Source: an uncultured Roseburia sp.
Lineage (GTDB): Bacteria; Bacillota; Clostridia; Lachnospirales; Lachnospiraceae
Reading direction: 5' to 3'
NCBI GenBank assembly: GCA_946002055.1
Contig: CAMFYL010000004.1
Location: 5,415-69,414 of the forward strand
Length of the DNA: 64,000 nucleotides
Under the pieces are notes generated by a model that saw only the letters and a program-made list of their open reading frames with translations, made no database searches and was not told the origin of the DNA. Position 1 is the stretch's first letter, and each line of letters begins with the position of its first letter. Shown one piece after another: positions 10,972 through 20,480 of this stretch. Position numbers and translations under genes: made by a program.

Positions 10972-11113
10972 GTTGTGTATGATAACCGTTCCCATCACCG
11001 GGCACGCTTTCGCTACCTGGTCGCTGGTAACGGTACTAAGATGCCACTTCGTACCATCTAAGTACCGACCGCGCCAGAAGTACCCAGTATTGGGAAAGCT
11101 TATCATACACAAC
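10972..11113. repeat. 142-bp imperfect palindrome (rod-like hairpin element)
   Basis: Terminal IR GTTGTGTATGATAA..TTCCCA / TGGGAA..TTATCATACACAAC, with nested stems CTGG/CCAG, CGGTACT/AGTACCG, AGATG/CATCT. Confidence 0.8.
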
Positions 11114-11230
11114 TCATATCAAAATGATACCCCAAAATCATAACACCTATCCTTAGTTATATGGGGATTTTCTGTAATTATGAATCTGCTGGAAACACTA
11201 ATCAATACTAGCATCCCCAGCAGTTACACT

Positions 11231-12490
11231 TTACTTCATTTCATCTCGTAAGATTTCGCAGGCTTTTTGAATCTGATTGTCCAGAGAAGTGCTGTACTCC
11301 TCATCATCGCCACCCATGAATTCATATTCCAGTTCCACGTCAGGCTTGATGCCCTTCTTGTGGATACACTCACCACTTGGGGTAAAGTAGGATGCAATGG
11401 TAATCTTGATGGCACTGCCGTCGGACAATGGGACGGTAGTCTGCACGATACCCTTGCCATAGGTCTTGGTTCCAATCAGGGTTCCGTATTCATAATCGCG
11501 GATGGCACCTGCAAAAATTTCTGCCGCACTGGCTGTATTCTTAGAAGTTAAAACAGCAATAGGCATATCCAAATAATGCTCCCCGTCGGAAGTGTAATCG
11601 GTGCGCTTGCCATTTTTATCTTCCATATAAACGGTGATGCCTTCCGGCAATATCTCATCCAAGATTTCTACCACAGAATCCACAAGTCCGCCGCCGTTAT
11701 AACGCAAATCAAAAACAACGGCCTTCATCCCCTGGGCTTGTAAATCTTTCATAGCTTCATCATACTGTTCCTTTGTGTTACTGCTAAAGTCAGCAATGGC
11801 GATGTAGCCAATATTTCCCGGTAACATCTCATGTTCCACACTAGGAACCTTTACCTCAGCACGGGTGATTTCCACCACGTCCTGCTTTCCCTCTCGTTCA
11901 TATTCAAGAACAATTTTAGTTCCCTCTTCACCGCGGATATATCGCACGAACGAATCCAGTTCCTCACTTTCTCCCCGATGACCATCTACAGAAACGATGA
12001 TATCTCCCGCCTGAAGACCTGCCTTCTCAGCAGGGGTGCCCTTATAGATACTAATCACAGTAACTTGGCCAGTCTCAATATTCTTAGAAAGCACCGCTCC
12101 GATCCCTGCATAATTGCCGGTGGTATCAATCATCATATCTTCATATTCATTCTTGGTGTAATACACAGAATAGGGGTCTTTTAACCCTTCCATAACACCT
12201 TTGTATACCCCCTCACCCAAGGCCTTAGAATCGGGGTCTTCGTAGTAATAATAATTGATTAAACCTGTGATGTATTTCAGTTTGCCAAGGCTGAAACCTT
12301 CCAAGCCGAGACTTCCCAAGCTTCTGGCAAAATAGATGGCAACACCGGCAACAACAGCCCCCAAGATTAGGATGGTGCAGAGTATCCCTGTAAGAACACC
12401 CTTTTTAAAGGCTTTGTTCCGCTTTTTTTCTTTCTTTGATTCCTCTGTTGCCAATGCTCTATCTATGTTTTCTTCTTCGAATTCATTCAT
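11231..12490 (-). CDS. S41 C-terminal processing peptidase (CtpA-like) with PDZ domain
   Basis: DPYSVY, GIGA, DLRYNGGG, TASAAEI, TYGKGIVQ. Confidence 0.92.
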   Translation of the reverse strand: MNEFEEENIDRALATEESKKEKKRNKAFKKGVLTGILCTILILGAVVAGVAIYFARSLGSLGLEGFSLGKLKYITGLINYYYYEDPDSKALGEGVYKGVMEGLKDPYSVYYTKNEYEDMMIDTTGNYAGIGAVLSKNIETGQVTVISIYKGTPAEKAGLQAGDIIVSVDGHRGESEELDSFVRYIRGEEGTKIVLEYEREGKQDVVEITRAEVKVPSVEHEMLPGNIGYIAIADFSSNTKEQYDEAMKDLQAQGMKAVVFDLRYNGGGLVDSVVEILDEILPEGITVYMEDKNGKRTDYTSDGEHYLDMPIAVLTSKNTASAAEIFAGAIRDYEYGTLIGTKTYGKGIVQTTVPLSDGSAIKITIASYFTPSGECIHKKGIKPDVELEYEFMGGDDEEYSTSLDNQIQKACEILRDEMK

Positions 12491-12506
12491 ATTCTTTACG
12501 CCTCAG

Positions 12507-13409
12507 TTATACCTTCAAATGCTTCTTCAATGTCATACGACTTCCCACATATCCAATTCCAACACCGAGAACTAACGACACCGGAACAAGAATTCGGAAT
12601 ACATCAGCCACTGGTACAAACTGAATCATACCTCCAATAAACCGGAATTTTTCTGCCACATAGCCAATCAACCCCTGATACAGGAAAAACAAAAGTACCA
12701 GCGGAATGGCAGAACCAATCAGCCCAATAAATACACCCTCCACAATAAATGGAGCGCGGACGAATTTGTCCTTGGCACCAATCAGCTTCATAATAGCAAT
12801 CTCCTCTCGACGAACAGAAATACCAACCGTTACGGTATTGTTAATCAAGAATACTGCTACCGCTATCAAGATTATGATAACACCTGCAAAAATATATCCA
12901 ATTAAACTATTAAAATCCGATAAAGTATTGGCTGCAACCTCAGACTGATGTACCTCACGCACACCGTCTAATCCCTGTAAAAATTTCACCAACTCCTGCT
13001 GCTTTGACACATCATTCAAATAGATTTCAAAGTGCTCAGAGTTCGCAAGGGGATTATCCTGTGAAAAACCTTCTGCCAATTCCTCTTTGCCCTTGAAATA
13101 GTCTTTCTTAAAAGATTCCCACGCCTCTTCTGCCGTTACAAAATGATACTTGGCAACCTCCGGACGTTTCTTAATCTCCTGTTCTACAGCACTCACCTTA
13201 TCCTTGCTTACGCCTTCTGTAAAAAACACTGTGACGGCCACGCCTTCCTCAGCTGTTTGAACCATCTCAGAAAAATTTACACCAATGGAATAAAATACAC
13301 CAAACAAGAAAATACATGCTGACATTGTGGCAATAGATGCAAGGGAAAAAAGCTTATTACGCCAAATGTTTTTCAGTCCCTGTCCCAAGTTATACCACAT
13401 TTGACTCAC
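12507..13409 (-). CDS. ftsX: Cell division permease FtsX
   Basis: RREEIAIMKLIGA...PFIVEG; directly follows ftsE. Confidence 0.92.
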   Translation of the reverse strand: MSQMWYNLGQGLKNIWRNKLFSLASIATMSACIFLFGVFYSIGVNFSEMVQTAEEGVAVTVFFTEGVSKDKVSAVEQEIKKRPEVAKYHFVTAEEAWESFKKDYFKGKEELAEGFSQDNPLANSEHFEIYLNDVSKQQELVKFLQGLDGVREVHQSEVAANTLSDFNSLIGYIFAGVIIILIAVAVFLINNTVTVGISVRREEIAIMKLIGAKDKFVRAPFIVEGVFIGLIGSAIPLVLLFFLYQGLIGYVAEKFRFIGGMIQFVPVADVFRILVPVSLVLGVGIGYVGSRMTLKKHLKV

Positions 13410-14073
13410 CTGCCTTTCTGTCCTCTACCACAACACCTTTCTTAATGGTAATGACACGCTTATTCATTTTATCTACGATTTCACTGTTGTGGGTTACCAC
13501 CACAACGGTAGTGCCACGTTCGTTAATTTCTTCCAGCAAATGCATAATTTCCCATGCGTTTGCACTATCCAAATTACCGGTAGGCTCATCCGCCAACAAA
13601 ATCCGTGGCTCACCAACAAGAGCTCTTGCAATAGCCACTCTCTGCTGCTCTCCACCGGATAACTGCCTTGGCAAAGATTTATATTTTGCAGCCAAACCAA
13701 CCATAGAAAGCACCATTGGCACCTTCTTTTTGATCTCTTTGTTTGGAGCCTCCACAACCTTAAGGGCGAAAGCAACATTTTCATAAACATTGCGATCGGG
13801 CAACAATCTAAAGTTCTGGAATACTACGCCAATATCTCTACGGAAGTTAGGAACCTTCTTTCGGGGAATCTTAGACAGCTTCTGCCCATTAATGGTAATC
13901 TCTCCTGAAGTTGGTTCTAACTCCTTTAACAACATTTTAATTAAGGTAGATTTGCCGGATCCACTGGATCCCATAATGAAAACAAATTCACCTTGTTCAA
14001 TGTGAAGATTCACATTATCCACTGCAGGTACGCCCTGCTGATAGGTCTTACTAACATTTTCTAGTCGAATCAT
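13390..14073 (-). CDS. ftsE: Cell division ATP-binding protein FtsE
   Basis: GSSGSGKST, IGVVFQNFRLL, LSGGEQQR, ADEPTGNLD. Confidence 0.95.
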   Translation of the reverse strand: MIRLENVSKTYQQGVPAVDNVNLHIEQGEFVFIMGSSGSGKSTLIKMLLKELEPTSGEITINGQKLSKIPRKKVPNFRRDIGVVFQNFRLLPDRNVYENVAFALKVVEAPNKEIKKKVPMVLSMVGLAAKYKSLPRQLSGGEQQRVAIARALVGEPRILLADEPTGNLDSANAWEIMHLLEEINERGTTVVVVTHNSEIVDKMNKRVITIKKGVVVEDRKAGESNVV

Positions 14074-14091
14074 TTGAATTCCTACTTTCTA

Positions 14092-15180
14092 TTAATAATC
14101 CTGGTTCTCCATATACTTCATATACCGAACCACCATCAACGCAATCTTAAATGTGATGGCATCCTCAAAGACCCTTAAATCCAGGCCTGTACTCTTTTGT
14201 AATTTATCCAGGCGATACACCAACGTATTTCTGTGTATGTATAACTGACGGGATGTCTCAGAAACATTTAGGCTGTTCTCAAAGAACTTGTTGATTGTTG
14301 ACAGAGTCTCTTCATCAAAATCATCCAAGGCCTTTCCATCAAAAATCTCTTTGATAAACATTTTACAAAGAGGGATTGGCAACTGATAAATCAAACGGCC
14401 AATTCCAAGAGCAGAATATGCAATGATATTCTTCTCCTCAAAGAAAATCTTTCCTACATCAAGGGCCATGCCTGCTTCTTTATAAGAGCGAGACACTTCT
14501 TTGATCTCTCCAACAATGGTTCCGTAGGATACACGAATTTCATCTCCCCGTTCCCCGAAGGAGTCGATAATCACCTCAGCTGTCTTCTGCACATCTTCAT
14601 AAGACTCTTTGGCTGTCAATTCCTTTACAACGATAATATTGCGCTCATCTACTGCTGTAACAAAATCCTTCGTCTTGCCGGAAAAGATGCTGCGAATGCG
14701 ATCCATCTCATCGCCTTCCTTCTGCTTTCCTGTCTCCACAATCATAACAACACGACGAGCATCCACATCGATATGCAATTTCTTGGAACGATTATAAATA
14801 TCCACCAGCAGCAAATTATCCAAAAGAAGATTCTTGATAAAGTTGTCCTTATCAAACCGTTCCTTGTATGCCACCATCAGTTCCTGAATCTGAAATGTTG
14901 CAATCTTGCCCACAAGAAGAGCTTCCTCTTCATCCATGCCTTTTGCTAAAACCACAAACTCCAGTTGCTGTTCATCAAACACTTTAAAGAACTGGCAACC
15001 TGATACCACCTGGCTTTCCGCTTCTGATGTGGCAAAGGTCATCACTGACTCTCGATACTGCTTTGTGTCAGCAAAGGTAGATGCCAAAACACCGCCCTCG
15101 CTATCTACCACTGCGAAGTCAATTTTGGTAATCTGATGCAATCCATCAATTGTACTTTGTAGCGTCTGATTTGAAATCAT
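14092..15180 (-). CDS. CdaR/PucR-family transcriptional regulator
   Basis: C-terminal HTH NVSETSRQLYIHRNTLVYRLDK; RBS AAGGAGG before ATG 15180. Confidence 0.88.
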   Translation of the reverse strand: MISNQTLQSTIDGLHQITKIDFAVVDSEGGVLASTFADTKQYRESVMTFATSEAESQVVSGCQFFKVFDEQQLEFVVLAKGMDEEEALLVGKIATFQIQELMVAYKERFDKDNFIKNLLLDNLLLVDIYNRSKKLHIDVDARRVVMIVETGKQKEGDEMDRIRSIFSGKTKDFVTAVDERNIIVVKELTAKESYEDVQKTAEVIIDSFGERGDEIRVSYGTIVGEIKEVSRSYKEAGMALDVGKIFFEEKNIIAYSALGIGRLIYQLPIPLCKMFIKEIFDGKALDDFDEETLSTINKFFENSLNVSETSRQLYIHRNTLVYRLDKLQKSTGLDLRVFEDAITFKIALMVVRYMKYMENQDY

Positions 15181-15223
15181 AAACCGCCCTCCTTCATCTA
15201 TGCAATTTCCACAATCGGGAAAC

Positions 15224-15246
15224 AATGTTTTTAAAACATTTTCACA
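15224..15246. promoter_or_regulatory. Palindromic operator candidate upstream of the cdaR-like gene
   Basis: Perfect AATGTTTT-T-AAAACATT (15224-15240), overlapping cre/LacI-like TGAAAATGTTTTAA on the minus strand. Confidence 0.35.
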
Positions 15247-15439
15247 TACCTATCAGTCATTTTAATATAAACCACCAAAAAAAGAAAGGGGTTACGCCTA
15301 TTTTTTATGCAAATATTCCTTATTCTGTCCACATCACCTCCTTATATGATCATTCTAAGTTCGCTCTCCACTTCAACCAATGAAATTGTCAGATATTTTA
15401 TCGTTTCATTTATGTGTTTTTTGTCATTTTCTGACTACT

Positions 15440-15632
15440 TTCGACATATTTTCACTTTTTAAATGTCAACACAAAATCAGAATTCGACATTTTTTATCAC
15501 TACTCGACAAAACAGGTGTTCTTTTTTTTCGATACAAAATCCGGAAATAATCTCGATTTTCTGTGGATAAAGTTGATAATTCCGTGTATAAGTCCTTTTT
15601 TCGCACTTTTTCACCCTTAATTTTGTGGATAA
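15440..15632. promoter_or_regulatory. DnaA-box cluster with adjacent Spo0A-type boxes
   Basis: TGTGGATAA at 15562 and 15624, CGTGTATAA at 15583, AGTTGATAA at 15571; TTCGACA at 15440 and 15483, CTCGACA at 15503. Confidence 0.65.
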
Positions 15633-15832
15633 CTTTTTTGAGGCATCCTTGGGCATTTGGGGGTTTCCATCTGAATTTTTTCATTTTTTGTGCATGTTCA
15701 CCAAAATCTAAAACCCTGTCCATTATCTCATTTTCTGAAAATTTGCCAATTACACAGTTTGTTGCAAATATACGTTAATTACATCAAAAAAGGAGCCAGA
15801 CCTTTGTCTGACCCCTAACATCTCAATAGAAA

Positions 15833-17008
15833 TTAGTAAATACGTCTTACTGCCAAGATAGGGCTGTAATTAACGTTGGTATATGTAATACCATGCTGCT
15901 GGTTCAATGCATTAACAATTGTTCCATTACCGGCATAAATTCCAACGTGACCACTATAGCATACAATGTCACCCGGTTGCATTGCATTTACATCAACGCC
16001 ATAGCCAACGCTTCGCATTGCAGCTGACGAATGAGGCAATCCAACACCAAAGGCAGAATAAACACTCATAACAAATCCTGAACAGTCTGTTCCATTGGTC
16101 AGACTGGAACCTCCATATACATAAGGGTTACCTACAAACTGAGCAGCGTAACCTACAACAGCAGCTCCGCCGGCACCACTCGGTGCAGCGTATGAGGCAT
16201 TGCCATTGCCGGTGTAACGTGTGCCCTGCTGGCTCTTTCTTCTGGCAGCGGCCAAAGCAGCCTGACGCTCTGCCTCTTCTTTAGCAAGTCTTCTGGCTTC
16301 CTCTTCCTTGGACTCAGCCTGAACAAACTCTGTAGACAATGTTACAAACTCTGTGGAAACATATCCCTGTGTATCCTGTGCGTTAACAAGCACCCAACCT
16401 GTATCAGCCATAGATTCATCAACAACTACAAGGTCATCTCCCTCAGGAACCATGTATAAAATCTTAGAATCTGTAGTAGCTTCTTCTCTAACATAAAGTG
16501 TCTGTGTTGTTACCGTGGCAAGACGGGTGGAAACCGACTTAGCTAATTCCTCATCACCAACAACCACGAACTCTTTCTTAACATATCCTGTACAGCTTCC
16601 GGATGTGATCTTGTACCAATCACCTTCCTCGCCTTCTACAGTAGCTGCTGACTTGTTATACAGCTTACCAACCACATCTCCATCCTCACTTGCGATGGTT
16701 CTGATATTTACATAATTATCAACCTGGGCAATGGCGATTCCCTCGTAGATTGATTTAGCCACAACTGCAGCTCCATTGGCAGCAACCTCAGATGCCTTAC
16801 CTGAAGATGCATCCGATAATATATTAGCAACAGTCAATGAAACACCGGCTAAAGTAGAATAAGAATTCTCTTCAACGGTAGTCTGATTGGTAGATGTCAT
16901 TCCTACAACACCGGCAATCGGTGAGGCAAATGCGGTAAAGGATACTGTTCCCAAAACGGCACCTGCTGCAATTGCATAAGACACTCTCTTCATTCCATTA
17001 CGTTTCAT
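15833..17008 (-). CDS. Secreted SH3-SH3-NlpC/P60 peptidoglycan endopeptidase
   Basis: Signal peptide, two SH3b repeats, PYVYGG...DCSGF...HVGIY. Confidence 0.92.
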   Translation of the reverse strand: MKRNGMKRVSYAIAAGAVLGTVSFTAFASPIAGVVGMTSTNQTTVEENSYSTLAGVSLTVANILSDASSGKASEVAANGAAVVAKSIYEGIAIAQVDNYVNIRTIASEDGDVVGKLYNKSAATVEGEEGDWYKITSGSCTGYVKKEFVVVGDEELAKSVSTRLATVTTQTLYVREEATTDSKILYMVPEGDDLVVVDESMADTGWVLVNAQDTQGYVSTEFVTLSTEFVQAESKEEEARRLAKEEAERQAALAAARRKSQQGTRYTGNGNASYAAPSGAGGAAVVGYAAQFVGNPYVYGGSSLTNGTDCSGFVMSVYSAFGVGLPHSSAAMRSVGYGVDVNAMQPGDIVCYSGHVGIYAGNGTIVNALNQQHGITYTNVNYSPILAVRRIY

Positions 17009-17030
17009 TGTATCTATACCCTCCGTAAAA

Positions 17031-17156
17031 ATTACATTTGTTACAAACTTGTTACATTTCGTTTTTCATTATAACAAAGGCCTTTTTCCCTGTCAACCCC
17101 CGCATTTTGGGAAAATATGGAAAAAATTCCATGTTATTTCTTACGGGTTTGTTACA
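17031..17156 (-). promoter_or_regulatory. Consensus SigA promoter flanked by WalR-type direct repeats
   Basis: TTGACA(17096-17091)-N17-TATAAT(17073-17068); TGTAAC-N5-TGTAAC at 17056-17040; TGTAAC-N5-CGTAAG at 17156-17140. Confidence 0.7.
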
Positions 17157-18063
17157 TTTCATATAAATAGCGTTCCACAGATGTTACAGCATTTGCACCG
17201 TCTGCTGTTGCAGTAATCACCTGACGAAGCTGCTTTGTTCTACAATCACCTGCCACAATGAATCCCGGAATATCTGTCACACCGTCTTCTCCTGCAATCA
17301 CATAGCCGGCCTCGTCCATACTAGGCAGTCCCTGAATTCCTTCTGTATTAGGCTGTATACCCACAGCGATAAATACACCATTTACATCCAAAACATCCTG
17401 ACTGCCTGTCCTCTTATTAGAAATAAGAAGATGTTCCACCATATCTTCTCCTTGAATTTTTGATACTGTGGTATCCATGCAAAGCGTAATGTTTTCTGTA
17501 TCCATCACCTGTTTCTGTAATACCTTGGCACCTCGAAACGCATCTCTTCTGTGAATCAGAAATACTTCCTTACAGCCTCTGGCCAAAAATAGAGCGTCCT
17601 CCAACGCCACATCACCGCCACCGATAACAGCCACGGTTCTATTTTTGAAAAATGCCCCATCGCAGGTGGCGCAGTAGGAAACCCCCATACCGCAAAGCTC
17701 ATCCTCTCCGGGCACACCTAATCTTCTATGGGAGGCACCTGTTGCAAGAATTACGGTCTTTGTCTCAAACTCACCCTTATTTGTCATCACCCTGTGATAT
17801 CCATTTTCATGTGCGATCTCAGATACATCAGCTGTAACAAACTCTACCTGTTGTTCATCTGCATGGGCACGCATCTTCTGTCCCAACTCCATACCACTAA
17901 TCTTCGGCAACCCCGGATAGTTGTCCACCTCATAGGTGTTTAGAATCTGTCCTCCACTCAAGGGACTTCTTTCTATTACAAGTGTATTAAGGGCCGCTCT
18001 CTTAGCATAAATGGCAGCTGCAAGTCCCGCAGGCCCACTTCCTATAATAATAACGTCATACAT
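17152..18063 (-). CDS. trxB: Thioredoxin reductase
   Basis: GSGPAG, GVSYCATCDG, GGGDVA, HRRD. Confidence 0.95.
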   Translation of the reverse strand: MYDVIIIGSGPAGLAAAIYAKRAALNTLVIERSPLSGGQILNTYEVDNYPGLPKISGMELGQKMRAHADEQQVEFVTADVSEIAHENGYHRVMTNKGEFETKTVILATGASHRRLGVPGEDELCGMGVSYCATCDGAFFKNRTVAVIGGGDVALEDALFLARGCKEVFLIHRRDAFRGAKVLQKQVMDTENITLCMDTTVSKIQGEDMVEHLLISNKRTGSQDVLDVNGVFIAVGIQPNTEGIQGLPSMDEAGYVIAGEDGVTDIPGFIVAGDCRTKQLRQVITATADGANAVTSVERYLYEM

Positions 18064-18153
18064 TTTTCTTCTCCTTTTGATATCGATTGCCTTTTTTCAC
18101 ATTTTATGCCATAATAAATGAACCAAGAAACGGGAAAGGAGGCAGATAAGTCA

Positions 18154-18357
18154 ATGAATGTCCCACAGATATCTACGAGCATGATTGCTCAATCAGGTGC
18201 TATGCAGCAAGTTGGTATTGCTATGTTAGGCAAGCAGTTAGATAATGCCAACGCCAATGGTGCTATGATAGCTGCTTCTCTAGCCTCAATGCCGTCACCT
18301 TCTCTGGAGGCATCTGTGAATCCTGCAGTTGGAGGCAATATGGACCTGCGAGTTTAA
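18154..18357 (+). CDS. YjfB-family small putative motility protein
   Basis: RBS AAGGAGG; QQVGIAMLGKQLD...NPAVGGNMDLRV pattern. Confidence 0.75.
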   Translation: MNVPQISTSMIAQSGAMQQVGIAMLGKQLDNANANGAMIAASLASMPSPSLEASVNPAVGGNMDLRV

Positions 18358-18375
18358 CACTTGCTGTAAGCAGAA

Positions 18376-18405
18376 GAAAAGAACCATAACGGTTCTTTTC
18401 TTTTT
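18376..18405. terminator. Bidirectional terminator
   Basis: GAAAAGAACC-ATAAC-GGTTCTTTTC between convergent genes. Confidence 0.7.
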
Positions 18406-18407
18406 GC

Positions 18408-18785
18408 TTATTTTGCTAATGCGATCACCTCTATCTCAAGCATAACATCCTTTGGAAGTCTTGCCACTTCCACACAGCTACGACTTGGATATGGTTCTGT
18501 GAAGTACTTTGCGTATACTTCGTTGATTGCTGCAAAGTCATTCATTTCTTTGATGAACACGGTTGTCTTCACCACGTGGCTCATATCAGTTCCAGCCGCC
18601 TCTAACAGATTCTTCATATTGGAAAATGCCTGTTCTGCCTGAGCTACAGATCCTTCCGGGATTTCTCCTGTTGCAGGATTTACCGGAATCACACCGGATG
18701 TATAAACCATTCCGTTTACTTCAATTGCCTGGGAATATGGTCCAATTGCTGCCGGTGCCTTATCTGTTGAAATTACCTTTTTCAT
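18408..18785 (-). CDS. ridA: RidA/YjgF-family enamine deaminase
   Basis: APAAIGPYSQA, VVKTTVF, PSRSCVEV...IEVIA. Confidence 0.92.
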   Translation of the reverse strand: MKKVISTDKAPAAIGPYSQAIEVNGMVYTSGVIPVNPATGEIPEGSVAQAEQAFSNMKNLLEAAGTDMSHVVKTTVFIKEMNDFAAINEVYAKYFTEPYPSRSCVEVARLPKDVMLEIEVIALAK

Positions 18786-18823
18786 TTCTTTTCCCTCTTT
18801 TCTTTCATTATAAAAATATCTTA

Positions 18824-19663
18824 TCACACTTTGCGAATCTTTCCATCGTTGATTGTGATTTTTCTCTCCTTATACAAACGACCAACGGCACGCTTGAATG
18901 CGGCCTTACTAAGTCCTGTCTCACGGAAAATAATCTCTGGGCTTGCCTTTTCCGTAAAGGGCAAGACACCTGCATAGGAATCCAGAATATCTAAAATCTT
19001 TTCTGCATCATCTCCCATTTGCATATAAGCTTTCTTTCTCATAGAAATATCCAGCTTGCCATCTTCCTTAACTCCCATAACCTCTGCTGTGATCACATCT
19101 CCCAGTTTGAGATACGATACATCCTCGTGCTTGGGAAGCATGGCCGAATACTGATCATCTACCGCCACAAAGGTTCCAAAATCATGCCCAAATTCATAAA
19201 TGCGACCTTCCACTTCATCACCAATCTTATAGGGCGAATGGGTAGAAAGAATATGATAGATGCCCTTGGTACTTGCGCAGAGGCGTTGACTCTTGTCGAT
19301 ATACAGCCGGACGAGAATCTCATCTCCCGCCTGCACCTTTCTTGTCATTTCTTTATAAGGAAGGAACAAGTCCTTTTCCAATCCCCAATCAAGAAACGCA
19401 CCAATCTTTCCAACCTCTTTTACTGTCAACACAGCAAAGCCATCCAAGGTCAGCTTCGGTTCTGTTGTGGTGGCAATCATACGGTCCTTGGAATCCTTAT
19501 ATAAGAAAACCTTAATCTCATCGCCAATCTTAGTGTTCTCCGGCACCTGCTTCTTGGGCAATAACACACGTTCCGTTGCATCTGCGCCTTCACGCTTTGC
19601 CAAATACACACCAAAGTCCACTCTCTTTATCACCTTTAAGGTTTGCATACACCCTAATTTCAT
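18824..19663 (-). CDS. CvfB/YitL-family S1 RNA-binding protein
   Basis: FGVYL, GAFLDWGLEKDLFLP, SKAAFKRAVGRLYK. Confidence 0.9.
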   Translation of the reverse strand: MKLGCMQTLKVIKRVDFGVYLAKREGADATERVLLPKKQVPENTKIGDEIKVFLYKDSKDRMIATTTEPKLTLDGFAVLTVKEVGKIGAFLDWGLEKDLFLPYKEMTRKVQAGDEILVRLYIDKSQRLCASTKGIYHILSTHSPYKIGDEVEGRIYEFGHDFGTFVAVDDQYSAMLPKHEDVSYLKLGDVITAEVMGVKEDGKLDISMRKKAYMQMGDDAEKILDILDSYAGVLPFTEKASPEIIFRETGLSKAAFKRAVGRLYKERKITINDGKIRKV

Positions 19664-19692
19664 GTTTACCTCTTTCACTATTTATATCTACG

Positions 19693-20409
19693 TTACTGAC
19701 CAAACACACACTCTACTACGCAATAATCATCCCCGGCACAGTCACATAAGCAAACCGTACAACCATCTTCTTCCTCTGCCACATAACAGTGAATTTTATC
19801 ACCAAGGACTGCTGCATTCTTGTATGAGATAAACATCTCTTTCACCGATACCTGTGAGGGAATACAGGCCATAGCCGCAGCAATATAATTAACGTTATTC
19901 ATATGATGGTTGGTGTCTAAGTGCATCTTTGCCACTGTAAAGGCATCCCTCTCAGAGCCTTTGTCCTCTATCGTAAGCTTTCTGCGCAAATCCCATTCTC
20001 CGGGAAGCTGTGGTGATAACTCATATGCTTCTATCATCTTTTCCATCAGACGGATTGGTTTCTTCGCCTCAATGTCCATAAGAATCCAAAGAGAATCCAC
20101 TAAAACCAGAGCCTCTCCCTCTTCCGTCTCAACTGTGAAGTTACGATAGCCCAGCATCCCACGAAACTGGTAGGGCCACGTCTTGACCACAATATCATCC
20201 CCCACAGAGGGCAAATCTCCAAGAATCTTCACCTGATATGATGTCACCATCCAGCCAATATGATTCTCCCTTAAATAGGAAAGTCCTATCCCCAGATCTT
20301 CCGCCTGCATTGTGCAACAGTCCTGTAGATAATTCATCAAGCCTTGCATAGACAGCACGCCATTTTCATCCGCCTCGCTATATCTCACTCTACTTTTTAA
20401 TTCATACAT
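19693..20409 (-). CDS. Acyl-ACP thioesterase
   Basis: VRYSEAD, DTNHHMNNVNY. Confidence 0.88.
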   Translation of the reverse strand: MYELKSRVRYSEADENGVLSMQGLMNYLQDCCTMQAEDLGIGLSYLRENHIGWMVTSYQVKILGDLPSVGDDIVVKTWPYQFRGMLGYRNFTVETEEGEALVLVDSLWILMDIEAKKPIRLMEKMIEAYELSPQLPGEWDLRRKLTIEDKGSERDAFTVAKMHLDTNHHMNNVNYIAAAMACIPSQVSVKEMFISYKNAAVLGDKIHCYVAEEEDGCTVCLCDCAGDDYCVVECVFGQ

Positions 20410-20480
20410 CTTTCAATCCCTACCTAAGCTCTTAGAATCACCCTGTGCATCTATACTCCCATCGACCAAGGCCCATTATA

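Noticed and set aside
10972-11113. SRP RNA or 6S RNA
   Set aside because: No SRP helix-8 motif (CAGG..GGAA..AGCAG); shorter than typical 6S and lacks the large central bubble
15300-15780. Chromosomal origin, and ORFs 15466-15723 and 15563-15778
   Set aside because: No dnaA/dnaN or gidA neighbours and no strand switch; the ORFs look like translations of AT-rich regulatory DNA
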